From Chloroflexota bacterium (lineage in GTDB: Bacteria; Chloroflexota; Dehalococcoidia; Dehalococcoidales; RBG-16-60-22): a stretch of 32,113 bases of DNA. A model generated the notes under the pieces. The model saw nothing but the letters and a program-made list of their open reading frames with translations. It had not been told where the DNA came from and did no database searches. The DNA is taken from contig JACZSH010000003.1 of NCBI GenBank assembly GCA_022574315.1, forward strand, positions 1 through 32,113, in the 5' to 3' direction. The position numbers and the translations under genes are program-made. Shown here in pieces: positions 23,127-32,113 of this stretch (the stretch's first letter is position 1; the number at the start of each line of letters is the position of its first letter).

Positions 23127-26039
23127 TTGATACACCGGGTTGAAGTTCGACTAAAAAGTCACCTGCCGGATGCCCGGGGACAGGGCCTGGTCAGGGACAT
23201 GCATGACCTTGGTATCAACACCGTTACCGATGTCCGGGTGGCTGATATCTACTGGCTGGACGCTGACCTGTCTCCCGGTGAACTGGACCTGGTTGGCCGC
23301 GGCCTCCTCGCCGACCCGGTCACTCAGGAATACCGGTGTTTTACTTCGGCGGCGGATAATGGGAAAAGCTCGCCTTCTCAAGGAGAGGGGGATACCGGGG
23401 GTGAGGTTGCTAACAAATACGAGGTTACTAACCACTCCCATACCGTCGAGGTGGCTTACAACGCCGGTGTTAGTGACCCCGTTGCAGAATCCATCCTGAA
23501 GGCGATTCGTGACCTGGGTATCAATGGTGCCCGTGCCGTCAGGACGTCCCGGCGCTATTTCATCACCGGGCAGCTGGATGACGGGCAAATGGAGGCTGTT
23601 TGCAGTCGTCTGCTGGTGAATCCCATCATCCAGCACACTGTTGAAAAAGAACACGTCGGCTTCCCGGAAAACCCTGAATATAACTTTAAGCTGGAGACAG
23701 TAGACATCCTGGGGGCGGATAAGGCCGGACTTTCCGGACGCTTCGGCTTTGCCGATGACGAGCTTCAGGCTATCATTGCCTACTATCGACAGCAGGGCAG
23801 GAATCCCACCGACGTCGAACTGGAGACGCTGGCGCAGACCTGGTCCGAGCACTGCGTCCACAAGACATTCAAGGGAAAGTTTATTTCCAACGGGCGGACT
23901 ATCGATAATCTGCTCAAGAGTACCATCATCAAGGCCACCCGTGAGCTGGATAAACCGTGGTGTCTCTCCGTTTTCGTGGATAATGCCGGGGTGATTGACT
24001 TTGACGGCCGCTGGGCGCTCTGTTTCAAGGTCGAGACCCATAACCATCCCTCGGCGTTGGAACCTTACGGCGGTGCCGCTACCGGTATCGGCGGCGTAAT
24101 TCGTGACCCTCTGGGCACCGGCCTCGGTGCCAAACCGATTTTGAATACGGATGTTTTCTGTTTCGGCCCGCCTGACCTGCCTTATGAGAAATTACCCGCC
24201 GGGGTGTTGCATCCCCGCCGGGTTTTTAAGGGCGTCCGGGCCGGCGTGGCTGACTACGGTAACCGACTCGGTATCCCCACCCTCAATGGCGCCGTGCTCT
24301 TCGATGAGAGATACGTGGCTAACCCGCTGGTTTACTGCGGGACGCTGGGCTTGATGCCGTTTAGCCTCGCTCTCCAGGGAAAACAGAAGGCCGGCGACCT
24401 GGTGGTGGTCGCCGGCGGCCGCACCGGGCGGGACGGTATTCACGGTGTTACCTTCGCTTCCGTGCCCCTTACCGAGATGTCGACCGATGCCTCTTCCAGC
24501 TCGGTCCAGATCGGCAATCCCATCGTTGAAAAGAAGCTTATCGACGTCCTCCTCCAGGCTCGCGACCGCGGCCTGTATTCGAGGATAACCGATTGTGGCG
24601 GCGGCGGTCTTTCTTCGGCAGTGGGGGAAATGGGAGAAGAGACCGGCGTGCGCGTCGACCTTGAAAAAGTGCCCCTGAAGTACTCCGGCCTGTCTTATTC
24701 TGAAATCTGGATATCGGAATCTCAGGAAAGAATGATAATGGCCGTCCCTCCGGAGTGTATCGAGGAGCTGCTGGCTCTCTTTACCGGTGAAGATGTGGAA
24801 GCCACCGTTATCGGCGAGTTTACCGACGACCGGCGTTTGCAGCTGTTCTATCAGGGCAACCGGGTCGGCGATATCGAGATGGAATTTCTGCATAACGGTC
24901 TTCCCCAGCTCGTCAGTGAAGCAACCTGGGAGAAACCGTCCTACGCTGAGCCTGATTTTGCCTCGCCCGCTGACCTGGGCGAGTCTCTGCGCCGTGTTCT
25001 CGGTGCCTGGAACGTCTGCAGCAAGGAGTGGGTGATTCGGCAGTACGACCACGAGGTGCAGGGCGGCAACGTCCTCAAGCCGCTGGTGGGCCGGGACGAA
25101 GACGGCCCCGGCGATGCCGCCGTCATCCGGCCGTTGCTCGATTCATCCCGGGGCGTTATTGTCGCCAACGGCATCAACACCCGCTACGGCGATATTGACC
25201 CCTACTGGATGGCGGCCTCGGCCATTGACGAGGCGCTGCGCCAGGTAATCGCCGTCGGCGGTAACCTGCGCCGGGTGGCTTTGCTGGACAATTTCTGCTG
25301 GGGCAACACCGACCGACCCGAGATGCTGGGGGCGCTGGTGCGTGCCGCCCAGGCCTGTCACGATATGTCGCTGGCTTACCAGACCCCTTTTATCTCCGGC
25401 AAAGACAGTCTGAATAACGAGTTCGAGTCTGACGGTCGGAAAATAGCCATTCCCCACACCCTCCTCATCTCGGCGCTCGGCGTTATGGAGGACGTAAACC
25501 GTGCCCTGTCCATGGATTTCAAACAGGCCGGCAACCTGGTCTATATTATCGGCGCCACCGGCCATGAGCTGGGCGGCTCCGAGTACCTGGCGCTGCACGG
25601 GATTACCGGTAACAGCGTCCCCAGGGTAAATCCGGACGAGGCGAAAAAACTGATGGATTGCCTGAGCGCCGCCACCGAAAAAGGACTGGTCAGGTCATGC
25701 CACGACTGCTCTGAAGGCGGCATCGGCGTGGCCATAGCCGAGATGGCTTTTGCCGGTGGCCTGGGCGCTAACGTACAGTTGAAATCGGTGCCCCTCGCTG
25801 AGCCGGTTGATAGGGACGACTTTATCCTCTTCTCCGAGTCGAACAGCCGCTTCCTGGCCGAAGTGGCCCCGGAGAAACAGGCCGAGTTTGAGCGTGCCAT
25901 GAGCAACACCAGCTTCGCCGCTATCGGCCGGGTGACGGATGATGGGCGGCTGGTAATCCACGGCGTGGAGGGCGCTAAAGTGGTCGACCTGCCCATTGAC
26001 GAACTGAAAGAAGCCTGGCAGAGGCCGCTGAGGTGGTAG
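23127..26039 (+). CDS. purL: Phosphoribosylformylglycinamidine synthase PurL with N-terminal PurS-like domains
   Basis: QTWSEHCVHK, KVETHNHPS, DCGGGGLSS, SESQERM, QYDHEV and SGKDS motifs; two PurS-like repeats (LLADPV, LLVNPI); TTG start. Confidence 0.96.
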   Translation: MIHRVEVRLKSHLPDARGQGLVRDMHDLGINTVTDVRVADIYWLDADLSPGELDLVGRGLLADPVTQEYRCFTSAADNGKSSPSQGEGDTGGEVANKYEVTNHSHTVEVAYNAGVSDPVAESILKAIRDLGINGARAVRTSRRYFITGQLDDGQMEAVCSRLLVNPIIQHTVEKEHVGFPENPEYNFKLETVDILGADKAGLSGRFGFADDELQAIIAYYRQQGRNPTDVELETLAQTWSEHCVHKTFKGKFISNGRTIDNLLKSTIIKATRELDKPWCLSVFVDNAGVIDFDGRWALCFKVETHNHPSALEPYGGAATGIGGVIRDPLGTGLGAKPILNTDVFCFGPPDLPYEKLPAGVLHPRRVFKGVRAGVADYGNRLGIPTLNGAVLFDERYVANPLVYCGTLGLMPFSLALQGKQKAGDLVVVAGGRTGRDGIHGVTFASVPLTEMSTDASSSSVQIGNPIVEKKLIDVLLQARDRGLYSRITDCGGGGLSSAVGEMGEETGVRVDLEKVPLKYSGLSYSEIWISESQERMIMAVPPECIEELLALFTGEDVEATVIGEFTDDRRLQLFYQGNRVGDIEMEFLHNGLPQLVSEATWEKPSYAEPDFASPADLGESLRRVLGAWNVCSKEWVIRQYDHEVQGGNVLKPLVGRDEDGPGDAAVIRPLLDSSRGVIVANGINTRYGDIDPYWMAASAIDEALRQVIAVGGNLRRVALLDNFCWGNTDRPEMLGALVRAAQACHDMSLAYQTPFISGKDSLNNEFESDGRKIAIPHTLLISALGVMEDVNRALSMDFKQAGNLVYIIGATGHELGGSEYLALHGITGNSVPRVNPDEAKKLMDCLSAATEKGLVRSCHDCSEGGIGVAIAEMAFAGGLGANVQLKSVPLAEPVDRDDFILFSESNSRFLAEVAPEKQAEFERAMSNTSFAAIGRVTDDGRLVIHGVEGAKVVDLPIDELKEAWQRPLRW
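23369..23416 (+). repeat. REP-like element inserted in frame within purL
   Basis: CAAGGAGAGGGGGATACCGGGGGTGAGGTT closely matches the intergenic copies at 28010-28036 and 21480-21507. Confidence 0.8.
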
Positions 26040-26042
26040 CCG

Positions 26043-26807
26043 ATGGTTAAGACAATCATACTGCGCGCCCCGGGGACAAACTGCCACGAAGAGACCGCTT
26101 TTGCTTTCCAGCAGGCGGGCGCCTCGGTAGACCTGCTGCACGTTAACCGCTTGCTTCGCCGTGAACGCCGCCTGTCCGACTACCAGATTATGGTCATCCC
26201 CGGCGGGTTTACCTACGGTGACGATATCGCCGCCGGTAAAATACTGGCCAACGAACTTAGATTGAAGCTCGGCGATGATATATTGAGGTTTATCGAAGAC
26301 GGCGGCCTGATTATGGGCATCTGCAACGGCTTCCAGGTACTGGTGAAAGCGGGCATTCTCCCCGAGCCGTCCCCGGAGGTAACGGCTGGTATGACTCTGG
26401 CCGGCAACGACTCCGGAAAATTCGAGTGCCGCTGGGTATACATGACGGCGAACCAAGATAGCCCCTGCGTTTTCACCCGGGGCATCGACCGTATTTACCT
26501 GCCGGTCGCCCACGGCGAGGGAAAAGTAGTGGCCGATTCGGAAACAGTGCCCGGATTAAACGTCGTCCTGCGCTATTCTGACCAGAGTGGCGACTGCCGG
26601 GCCGGCTACCCCCATAACCCTAACGGCTCCGTGGACAATATTGCCGCCATCTGTGATGCTTCCGGGCGCGTTTTCGCTTTGATGCCCCACCCCGAGCGTC
26701 ACATCCGCGGCACCCAGCACCCCCGCTGGACCCGGGAAGGCGCTAAGGAGTACGGGGACGGCTTTCAGATTTTCCGTAACGCCGTCGAATATGCTCGGCA
26801 TCTCTAG
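26043..26807 (+). CDS. purQ: FGAM synthase glutaminase subunit PurQ
   Basis: PGTNC, PGGFTYGD, GICNGFQ, AHGEG, NPNGS and MPHPER motifs. Confidence 0.96.
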   Translation: MVKTIILRAPGTNCHEETAFAFQQAGASVDLLHVNRLLRRERRLSDYQIMVIPGGFTYGDDIAAGKILANELRLKLGDDILRFIEDGGLIMGICNGFQVLVKAGILPEPSPEVTAGMTLAGNDSGKFECRWVYMTANQDSPCVFTRGIDRIYLPVAHGEGKVVADSETVPGLNVVLRYSDQSGDCRAGYPHNPNGSVDNIAAICDASGRVFALMPHPERHIRGTQHPRWTREGAKEYGDGFQIFRNAVEYARHL

Positions 26808-26989
26808 ATAATACCGTTTCACTTCCCTGATATGTTTCACCTAGCTACCATGTACATGACTTAATCTTTATTTGGGGTATTGACTATTCCATAAATAGGA
26901 CTATAATAATCTCACTCGACGTAAAACAACCTAACAACATGTTTGATTGACGAGAGCAGGCGCTTTGCTTGGATAGGTCGAGGGTGATA

Positions 26990-27898
26990 ATGTCTATACA
27001 AGAATTGAATCGTGCTACATATGCAACATATGCACTGAAAACCTATTATAACTACATTAAAGCATGGGCTGTGTGTATTGAAAGACTATATGGTTCGGGT
27101 GATGATGAGGGAAATACATTCGTAGACAAATTCAAAACTACTGCTGCCTTTAGTCGTGTTGAAGGGGGAGCTTCAATCTCTGAAGAATTCAGTAATGCAT
27201 ACAGTAGAGGTCGATTAACTCTCAAAGCTATAGAACAGCTGCCTATTGAAGAATATCCCAAACTTGCTCTTTCTGCAAATTTCTGGCTCCCAGTACAATC
27301 ATATTATGCTATTCATGGCGTGGGTTTAGCTGCAATGATAATATTAGGTAGAGGTTCGCCTCAGACCCACCGCAGTTTTCGTGCAGATTTTGGAGACCTA
27401 GTTAACAGGTTTTATCCCGAGCCACTCTGTGGACGTTGTGTGGGAGGTCCAGGGCCAAAAAACTTTTCATTTCAAAAGTTAAGTACTTCTATAGATAAAG
27501 TTACTAGACAAAACCAACTTGCTGACCCTACTTTCGTTGAAGAAATTGAAAACTTTATTGGAAAATCCTTGTCCACAACTCGCGAAAAATTCTTACAAGT
27601 TAGGTTTGATGAAAAGCGCGTTGAGAGAAGGAAAAAAAGACTATCATATAAAGAAAAGAATGAATGTTGTAAGAGAGAGCATAGTACATCAATCTGCGAC
27701 CTAATATATCGTATGCGTGTCCGCTCCAATTACGATAGTCCTGACATGTATTTATTTGCTTCAGATGACGCAGAGAATGCCATAAAACACTATAGAGACC
27801 TTCGATACTTAACTCAAATATTAATTACTGGTTTAGATATTTTAATAGAAAGACGTATTGGGCGACTAAAAATGGCCGACTTAACGAGTAGATTCTAA
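26990..27898 (+). CDS. Low-GC hypothetical protein, possibly HEPN-like
   Basis: AT-rich ORF with its own promoter (TTGACT 26880-26885, TATAAT 26902-26907). QSYYAIH and YRMRVRSNY resemble HEPN motifs. Start set at ATG 26990. Confidence 0.6.
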   Translation: MSIQELNRATYATYALKTYYNYIKAWAVCIERLYGSGDDEGNTFVDKFKTTAAFSRVEGGASISEEFSNAYSRGRLTLKAIEQLPIEEYPKLALSANFWLPVQSYYAIHGVGLAAMIILGRGSPQTHRSFRADFGDLVNRFYPEPLCGRCVGGPGPKNFSFQKLSTSIDKVTRQNQLADPTFVEEIENFIGKSLSTTREKFLQVRFDEKRVERRKKRLSYKEKNECCKREHSTSICDLIYRMRVRSNYDSPDMYLFASDDAENAIKHYRDLRYLTQILITGLDILIERRIGRLKMADLTSRF

Positions 27899-27960
27899 TA
27901 ACAGTCTGCTCGTTGGTTTTACAGGTTATCCTGATTGGAGGAGAAAAGGCGGAGGTATTT

Positions 27961-28073
27961 ATTGAAAGGCGGAGCCTCTCTTCTTTAATATACCTCCCCC
28001 TCTCCTTAGCAAGGAGAGGGGGACACAGGGGGTGAGATTTTCTGGGATACAGGGGGTGAGGGTCATCAATAAC
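27961..28073 (+). repeat. REP-like repeat between convergent genes
   Basis: Perfect 13-bp stem TCCCCCTCTCCTT-AGC-AAGGAGAGGGGGA (27995-28023) followed by a duplicated ACAGGGGGTGAG tail. Confidence 0.8.
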
Positions 28074-29684
28074 CTACCCCACCGCCTTTTCCATCCCCCG
28101 CTCCAGCTGCCCCGCCTTCACCCCGGAATCAATTATCCCCCAGGGCAGCGCCTGCCCCGTATCCCACCTCTGGTGGGCGTAGTAATCGGCATCCAGCCGG
28201 CATTTCTCCACTGCCTTCCGCCATCCCGCCAGCGTCACCTCTTCGATACTTTCCAGCACCCCGGCCACGCTCCGGTCGCCCCGCGCCAGTACCGCCTGCA
28301 CCTGGCTCCAGGCCGGGCTTTCGCTCTTGACTTTGATTCCTTTGGCGGGCAGGACGCTTTTCAACCGGGAAATACGCCGGTTCAGTGTCTGGAGGCTTGC
28401 CATCGGCAGCCACTGGAAAGGAGTGCCCGCCTTGGGCACGAACGGCGCCACGTTCAGCGTCAGGCGTGTCCCGCTCTGTTTCCGTTCCAGGACTGCCCGG
28501 CTTTCCAGCGTCAGCCGGATTATTTCCTCGATGTCCTCGTCCGTTTCCGAAGGCAGCCCGACCATGAAATAAAGCTTGAGCTGTTTGATTCCCAGCCCCG
28601 CCGCCTTCTCCACCACCCGCCGGACGTCTTCCTCGCCGATGTCTTTCTTGATAACCTGCCGCAGTCGCTCTGAACCGGCCTCCGGGGCGATGGTAATTGT
28701 CCGCGCCCCGCCCCGGGCTATCGCCTCCAGTATCCGGTCGGAGAGACGGTTCACCCGCAGCGAGCTGATGGCGAATTTGGCTCCCATCCGCAGCAAACCG
28801 GTCAGCAGTTCTTCCAGTTGCGGGTGGTCGGATACCGCCGGCCCTACCAGCCCCAACCGAGGGCGGTACTTGAGTCCTTCGGCGGCCGTCTCCAGCAGAC
28901 GGCCCACGGAACGGAAGCGCGCCGGACTGAAAACGGTGCTTACCAGGCAGAACCGGCAGCTCCAGTTGCAGCCGCGCTGCACTTCGATTAAGTACAAATC
29001 ACCCAGCTCGGTGTCCGGCGTCAGGATTACGGAAGTCACCGGGAAATCGTCCAGGTTGGCTACCCGTTGTCGAACCACCGTCCGCCCGTTATACCGGGGG
29101 ACGTAGACGCCGGGTAGTGAAGCCAGCGTTTTCAGAAGCTCGTCCCGCCGTCCGCCGATGCCTTCCTCAAGTACCGGCAGCATCTTTGGCAATATCGCTT
29201 CCGCTTCCCCGATGCACAAGCAGTCGAAAAATGGCGACAGCGGCATCGGGTTCGCCGCCACGCAGGGCCCGCCGGCAATGACCAGCGGGTGGCGCTCGTC
29301 CCGGTCGACGGCGCGCAGAGGTATCCGGCTGGCTTTGAGTATCGACACTACGTTGAAATAGTCGAGTTCGTACGAGATGGAAAAAGCAATCACGGCGAAA
29401 TCGGTCAACCGCCGCCTCGATTCTACGGACAGGACGGCCGGTTTTTTCTCCCCGTTGCCGCCTTCCTGGAAAGCTCTCTCGCACACCACGCTGTCCTCCC
29501 TGTTCAGGAGGCGGTAAACCGCGTGGATGCCCAGGTTGGACATGCCCAGGTAGTAGCTGTTGGGGTAGATAAGGACAATTGGTAACCGGCCGCCCCAGTC
29601 CTTGCGGCAGGCGCCCTCTTCCCGGGGAAGCTCGCCCTGGCGGTACCTGGACCGCCGGGTGATTCTGGTTTTATGCCGAATCAT
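28074..29684 (-). CDS. B12-binding-like radical SAM protein
   Basis: YPNSYYLGMSNLG, RGCNWSCRFC (CxxxCxxC), APEAGSERLR, YFMVGLP and FVPKAGTPFQW motifs. Confidence 0.9.
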   Translation of the reverse strand: MIRHKTRITRRSRYRQGELPREEGACRKDWGGRLPIVLIYPNSYYLGMSNLGIHAVYRLLNREDSVVCERAFQEGGNGEKKPAVLSVESRRRLTDFAVIAFSISYELDYFNVVSILKASRIPLRAVDRDERHPLVIAGGPCVAANPMPLSPFFDCLCIGEAEAILPKMLPVLEEGIGGRRDELLKTLASLPGVYVPRYNGRTVVRQRVANLDDFPVTSVILTPDTELGDLYLIEVQRGCNWSCRFCLVSTVFSPARFRSVGRLLETAAEGLKYRPRLGLVGPAVSDHPQLEELLTGLLRMGAKFAISSLRVNRLSDRILEAIARGGARTITIAPEAGSERLRQVIKKDIGEEDVRRVVEKAAGLGIKQLKLYFMVGLPSETDEDIEEIIRLTLESRAVLERKQSGTRLTLNVAPFVPKAGTPFQWLPMASLQTLNRRISRLKSVLPAKGIKVKSESPAWSQVQAVLARGDRSVAGVLESIEEVTLAGWRKAVEKCRLDADYYAHQRWDTGQALPWGIIDSGVKAGQLERGMEKAVG

Positions 29685-30225
29685 GGGTTTGCTGGGATTT
29701 CCAGTTTCCTTTAAGGAAGCGGGAGTTTATGGTGATAACCTTGTCGGCGACCCTTCTCAGTTGCTGGGAAGTGGTTTCGCGCCCGAACAAGGCTACCTCA
29801 ACGTGCTTGCCGTTGTCTTTCATTGCCTGCAGGGCGCCGACGAAGTCGTTGTCTCCGGCGACGAGAATAGCCACATCGTAGTTATTCTTGAAGCCGTGGG
29901 TCAGCATGTCCGTGGTCAGTTGTACGTCAATGCCTTTTTCCACCGGCGGTACCGAAGGCCAGTGTGAATAGACCAGCCGTCCCAGGCGTAGCTCACTGTA
30001 AGGAATGGCGTTTACGCCGGCGAAAAAAGTCTGCTGGTGTCGGTAGCGCTCCGGTTCTTCTTTCATACCCACCTTGGCGTTGTAGTAGTAAATCCGGATA
30101 AGTTTGCGCCTGCCCAGCAGCTTGCGGCAGAACCGGCCGATGTCAAGGTCGGTCCTGCCAAAAGTATGTTTCAGTGAATGGTAGAGATTGCTTCCGTCGA
30201 TGAATATCATTACCCTCTCCGCCAT
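29671..30225 (-). CDS. NYN domain (LabA/DUF88, PIN-like) protein
   Basis: FIDGSNLY, EKGIDV and AGDNDF acidic motifs; AAGGAGGT RBS. Confidence 0.9.
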   Translation of the reverse strand: MAERVMIFIDGSNLYHSLKHTFGRTDLDIGRFCRKLLGRRKLIRIYYYNAKVGMKEEPERYRHQQTFFAGVNAIPYSELRLGRLVYSHWPSVPPVEKGIDVQLTTDMLTHGFKNNYDVAILVAGDNDFVGALQAMKDNGKHVEVALFGRETTSQQLRRVADKVITINSRFLKGNWKSQQTHDSA

Positions 30226-30359
30226 TTAGCTTACCTCCTTGTCAAGATCGGTCAATGGTTACTCCCATTATAATCCCTTTACCACAAAATTTCGACTACC
30301 CTTTACGGAAGCGGCTGGCCGGGGTGTTTAAGAGGGGTTAGGATTCCCTCAACCTCCGT

Positions 30360-30389
30360 TTGCCACTCATTGCACCTGAATGCTATAAT
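30360..30389 (+). promoter_or_regulatory. Putative gatCA promoter
   Basis: TTGCCA (30360-30365), 18-bp spacer, extended -10 TGcTATAAT (-10 at 30384-30389). Confidence 0.6.
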
Positions 30390-30420
30390 TGGCGCAAGCA
30401 GCATCTCTGGGGGACAGACT

Positions 30421-30708
30421 ATGAAGCTCAGCCGCGAAGAAGTATTGCGTATCGCCCGCCTCGCCCGCCTTGGCCTCGGTGACGACGAGGTGAGCAAACT
30501 CGGCGAACAGCTGTCCAGTATCCTGGAGAACTTCGAGGTACTGAAACAGGTGGACACGGAGAACGTGCCGCCCACTGCCCAGTCGCTCGCGCTCCGTAGC
30601 GTGATGCGTCCTGACGAAGTGACTCCCTCCTTGCCGCCGGACGAAGTCCTGGCCAATGCCCCCCGGAAAGAGGCTGATTGCTTCCGGGTTCGCGCCGTAC
30701 TTGAATAA
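30421..30708 (+). CDS. gatC: Asp/Glu-tRNA amidotransferase subunit C
   Basis: MKLSREEVLRIARLARL...VDTENVPPT...LANAP...FRVRAVLE. Confidence 0.95.
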   Translation: MKLSREEVLRIARLARLGLGDDEVSKLGEQLSSILENFEVLKQVDTENVPPTAQSLALRSVMRPDEVTPSLPPDEVLANAPRKEADCFRVRAVLE

Positions 30709-30732
30709 TATTGACCGGAACATGGGGCAAGT

Positions 30733-32113
30733 TTGACGCTTAACCTTAACTATCTGACCATCCATGAGGCACATGGCCTGTTGAAAAGCCGGCAGCTGTC
30801 CTCCGTCGAGCTGACTAAAGCCTGCCTGGAACGCATCTCGCAGGTCGATGCACAGGTGCGGGCTTTCATTACCGTCACTGAGGAGCCGGCGCTGCAGCAG
30901 GCCCGGCAGGCTGATGAGCGTAACGCCGCCGGCGACAATAATCCCCTCTCCGGCATCCCGGTGCTGGTCAAGGACGTCATCTGCACCCGGGGTGTGCGCA
31001 CCACCTGCGGCTCAAAAATCCTGGAAAACTTTGTTCCCCCCTACAACGCCACCGTCATCGAAAAACTGAACGACTGCGGCGCCGTCATTATCGGCAAGGC
31101 TAACATGGACGAGTTTGCCATGGGTTCTTCCACGGAAAACTCGGCTTTCTTCACCACCCAGAACCCCTGGGACGCCGGCCGCGTGCCCGGCGGTAGCAGT
31201 GGCGGCTCGGCGGCGGCGGTGGCGGCCGGTGAGACCGTCTTTGCCCTCGGCTCGGACACCGGCGGCAGCATCCGCCAGCCCGCCGGATTCTGCAGCGTCG
31301 TCGGCCTGAAACCAACCTATGGCCGGGTAAGCCGCTTCGGCCTGGTTGCCTTCGCCAGCTCCCTTGACCAGATTGGGCCTTTGACTCAGGACGTCACCGA
31401 TTCGGCGCTGGTTTTGAACGCTATCGCCGGCTATGACCGCCGCGATTCCACTTCGATGCCCCACCCCACCCCCGATTACACCCGGTGTTTGTCGGGTGAT
31501 ATTAAAGGGATGCGTATCGGTATCCCCGGCGAGTATTTTGTAGCCGGGATGTCGCCGGAGGTGGCCGCGGCGGTGAAAACCGCCATCGGCAAGCTTGAGG
31601 AGCTTGGTGCCCGCGTCGACTGGGATGTCTCGCTCCCTTCCACTCCTTACGCCCTCGCCGTCTATTACATTATTGCCCCCTCGGAAGCCTCGGCCAATCT
31701 GGCCCGCTATGACGGTGTCAAGTACGGCTTTTCTTATTCGGCGGACACTATGTGGGACTCTATGGAAAAGACCCGCCGCTACGGCTTCGGTGCTGAGGTC
31801 AAGCGGCGCATCATGCTCGGCACCTATGCCCTCTCCGCTGGTTACTATGACGCCTATTACCTCAAGGCGCAGAAAGTCCGCACCCTTATCCGGCGTGAGT
31901 TCGACAGCGCCTTTGAGAAATACGATGCCCTGGTCACCCCCACCTCACCCACCGTTCCTTTTAAGATTGGAGAAAAGGTGGACGACCCTCTGCAGATGTA
32001 TCTGGCCGACGTCTGCACCCTGCCCGTGAATATTGCCGGCCTCCCCGCCGTTTCCATTCCTGCCGGCTTTGTGGATGGCCTGCCCGTTGGCCTCCAGATT
32101 ATCGGTAAACCCT
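30733..32113 (+). CDS. gatA: Asp/Glu-tRNA amidotransferase subunit A (3' end just outside the window)
   Basis: Not in the ORF track because it has no stop in the window. Manual frame from TTG 30733 contains [42 protein letters not shown] and [11 protein letters not shown]. Confidence 0.96.
   Translation, partial: MTLNLNYLTIHEAHGLLKSRQLSSVELTKACLERISQVDAQVRAFITVTEEPALQQARQADERNAAGDNNPLSGIPVLVKDVICTRGVRTTCGSKILENFVPPYNATVIEKLNDCGAVIIGKANMDEFAMGSSTENSAFFTTQNPWDAGRVPGGSSGGSAAAVAAGETVFALGSDTGGSIRQPAGFCSVVGLKPTYGRVSRFGLVAFASSLDQIGPLTQDVTDSALVLNAIAGYDRRDSTSMPHPTPDYTRCLSGDIKGMRIGIPGEYFVAGMSPEVAAAVKTAIGKLEELGARVDWDVSLPSTPYALAVYYIIAPSEASANLARYDGVKYGFSYSADTMWDSMEKTRRYGFGAEVKRRIMLGTYALSAGYYDAYYLKAQKVRTLIRREFDSAFEKYDALVTPTSPTVPFKIGEKVDDPLQMYLADVCTLPVNIAGLPAVSIPAGFVDGLPVGLQIIGKP

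Noticed and set aside
23151-26513. Long antisense ORFs opposite purL/purQ (similarly opposite der, gpsA and the 668-aa gene)
   Set aside because: These are shadow ORFs expected in GC-rich coding DNA, with no recognisable motifs.
28032-28673. 213-aa + strand ORF
   Set aside because: It starts inside a repeat and is antisense to the radical SAM gene.
28074-30225. NYN plus radical SAM pair as a viperin-like defence system
   Set aside because: The radical SAM is a long B12-binding-like type with host-like composition next to gatCA; nothing indicates defence.

Overview
This is a GC-rich bacterial chromosome segment, most likely from class Dehalococcoidia (Chloroflexota). The taxon is inferred from the T-box leader, the Gram-positive-type SOS box, the GTTSWG form of GpsA and the gene content. 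Housekeeping blocks are trpE-trpG-trpD' behind a Trp T-box, an argF-like gene, der-plsY-gpsA, dnaJ, yqeY-purL-purQ, a NYN plus radical SAM pair, and gatC-gatA'. Accessory items are a low-GC hicAB pair, an ArsR-OsmC-DsrE-SHOCT cluster, an internally deleted histidine phosphatase and a low-GC HEPN-like orphan. The main find is a compact ~9 kb one-strand virion module at 12870-21747. It encodes a Cys-rich/Mor-like HTH regulator, portal, scaffold, major capsid, decoration and fibre-like proteins, a head-tail adaptor, a holin-like protein, a propeller/hub-like protein and a small OB-fold-like protein. No integrase, replication, terminase, tail tube, tape-measure or endolysin gene is recognisable. 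The module has host-like composition, carries host REP-like repeats, and has a LexA-type box inside its promoter, so it is a candidate domesticated, SOS-inducible gene-transfer-agent-like system. Other oddities are a REP-like element inserted in frame in purL, an 80-bp tandem duplication of the dnaJ 5' end, and an ArgF lacking two invariant arginines. All protein calls come from motif recognition by eye; no searches were run.
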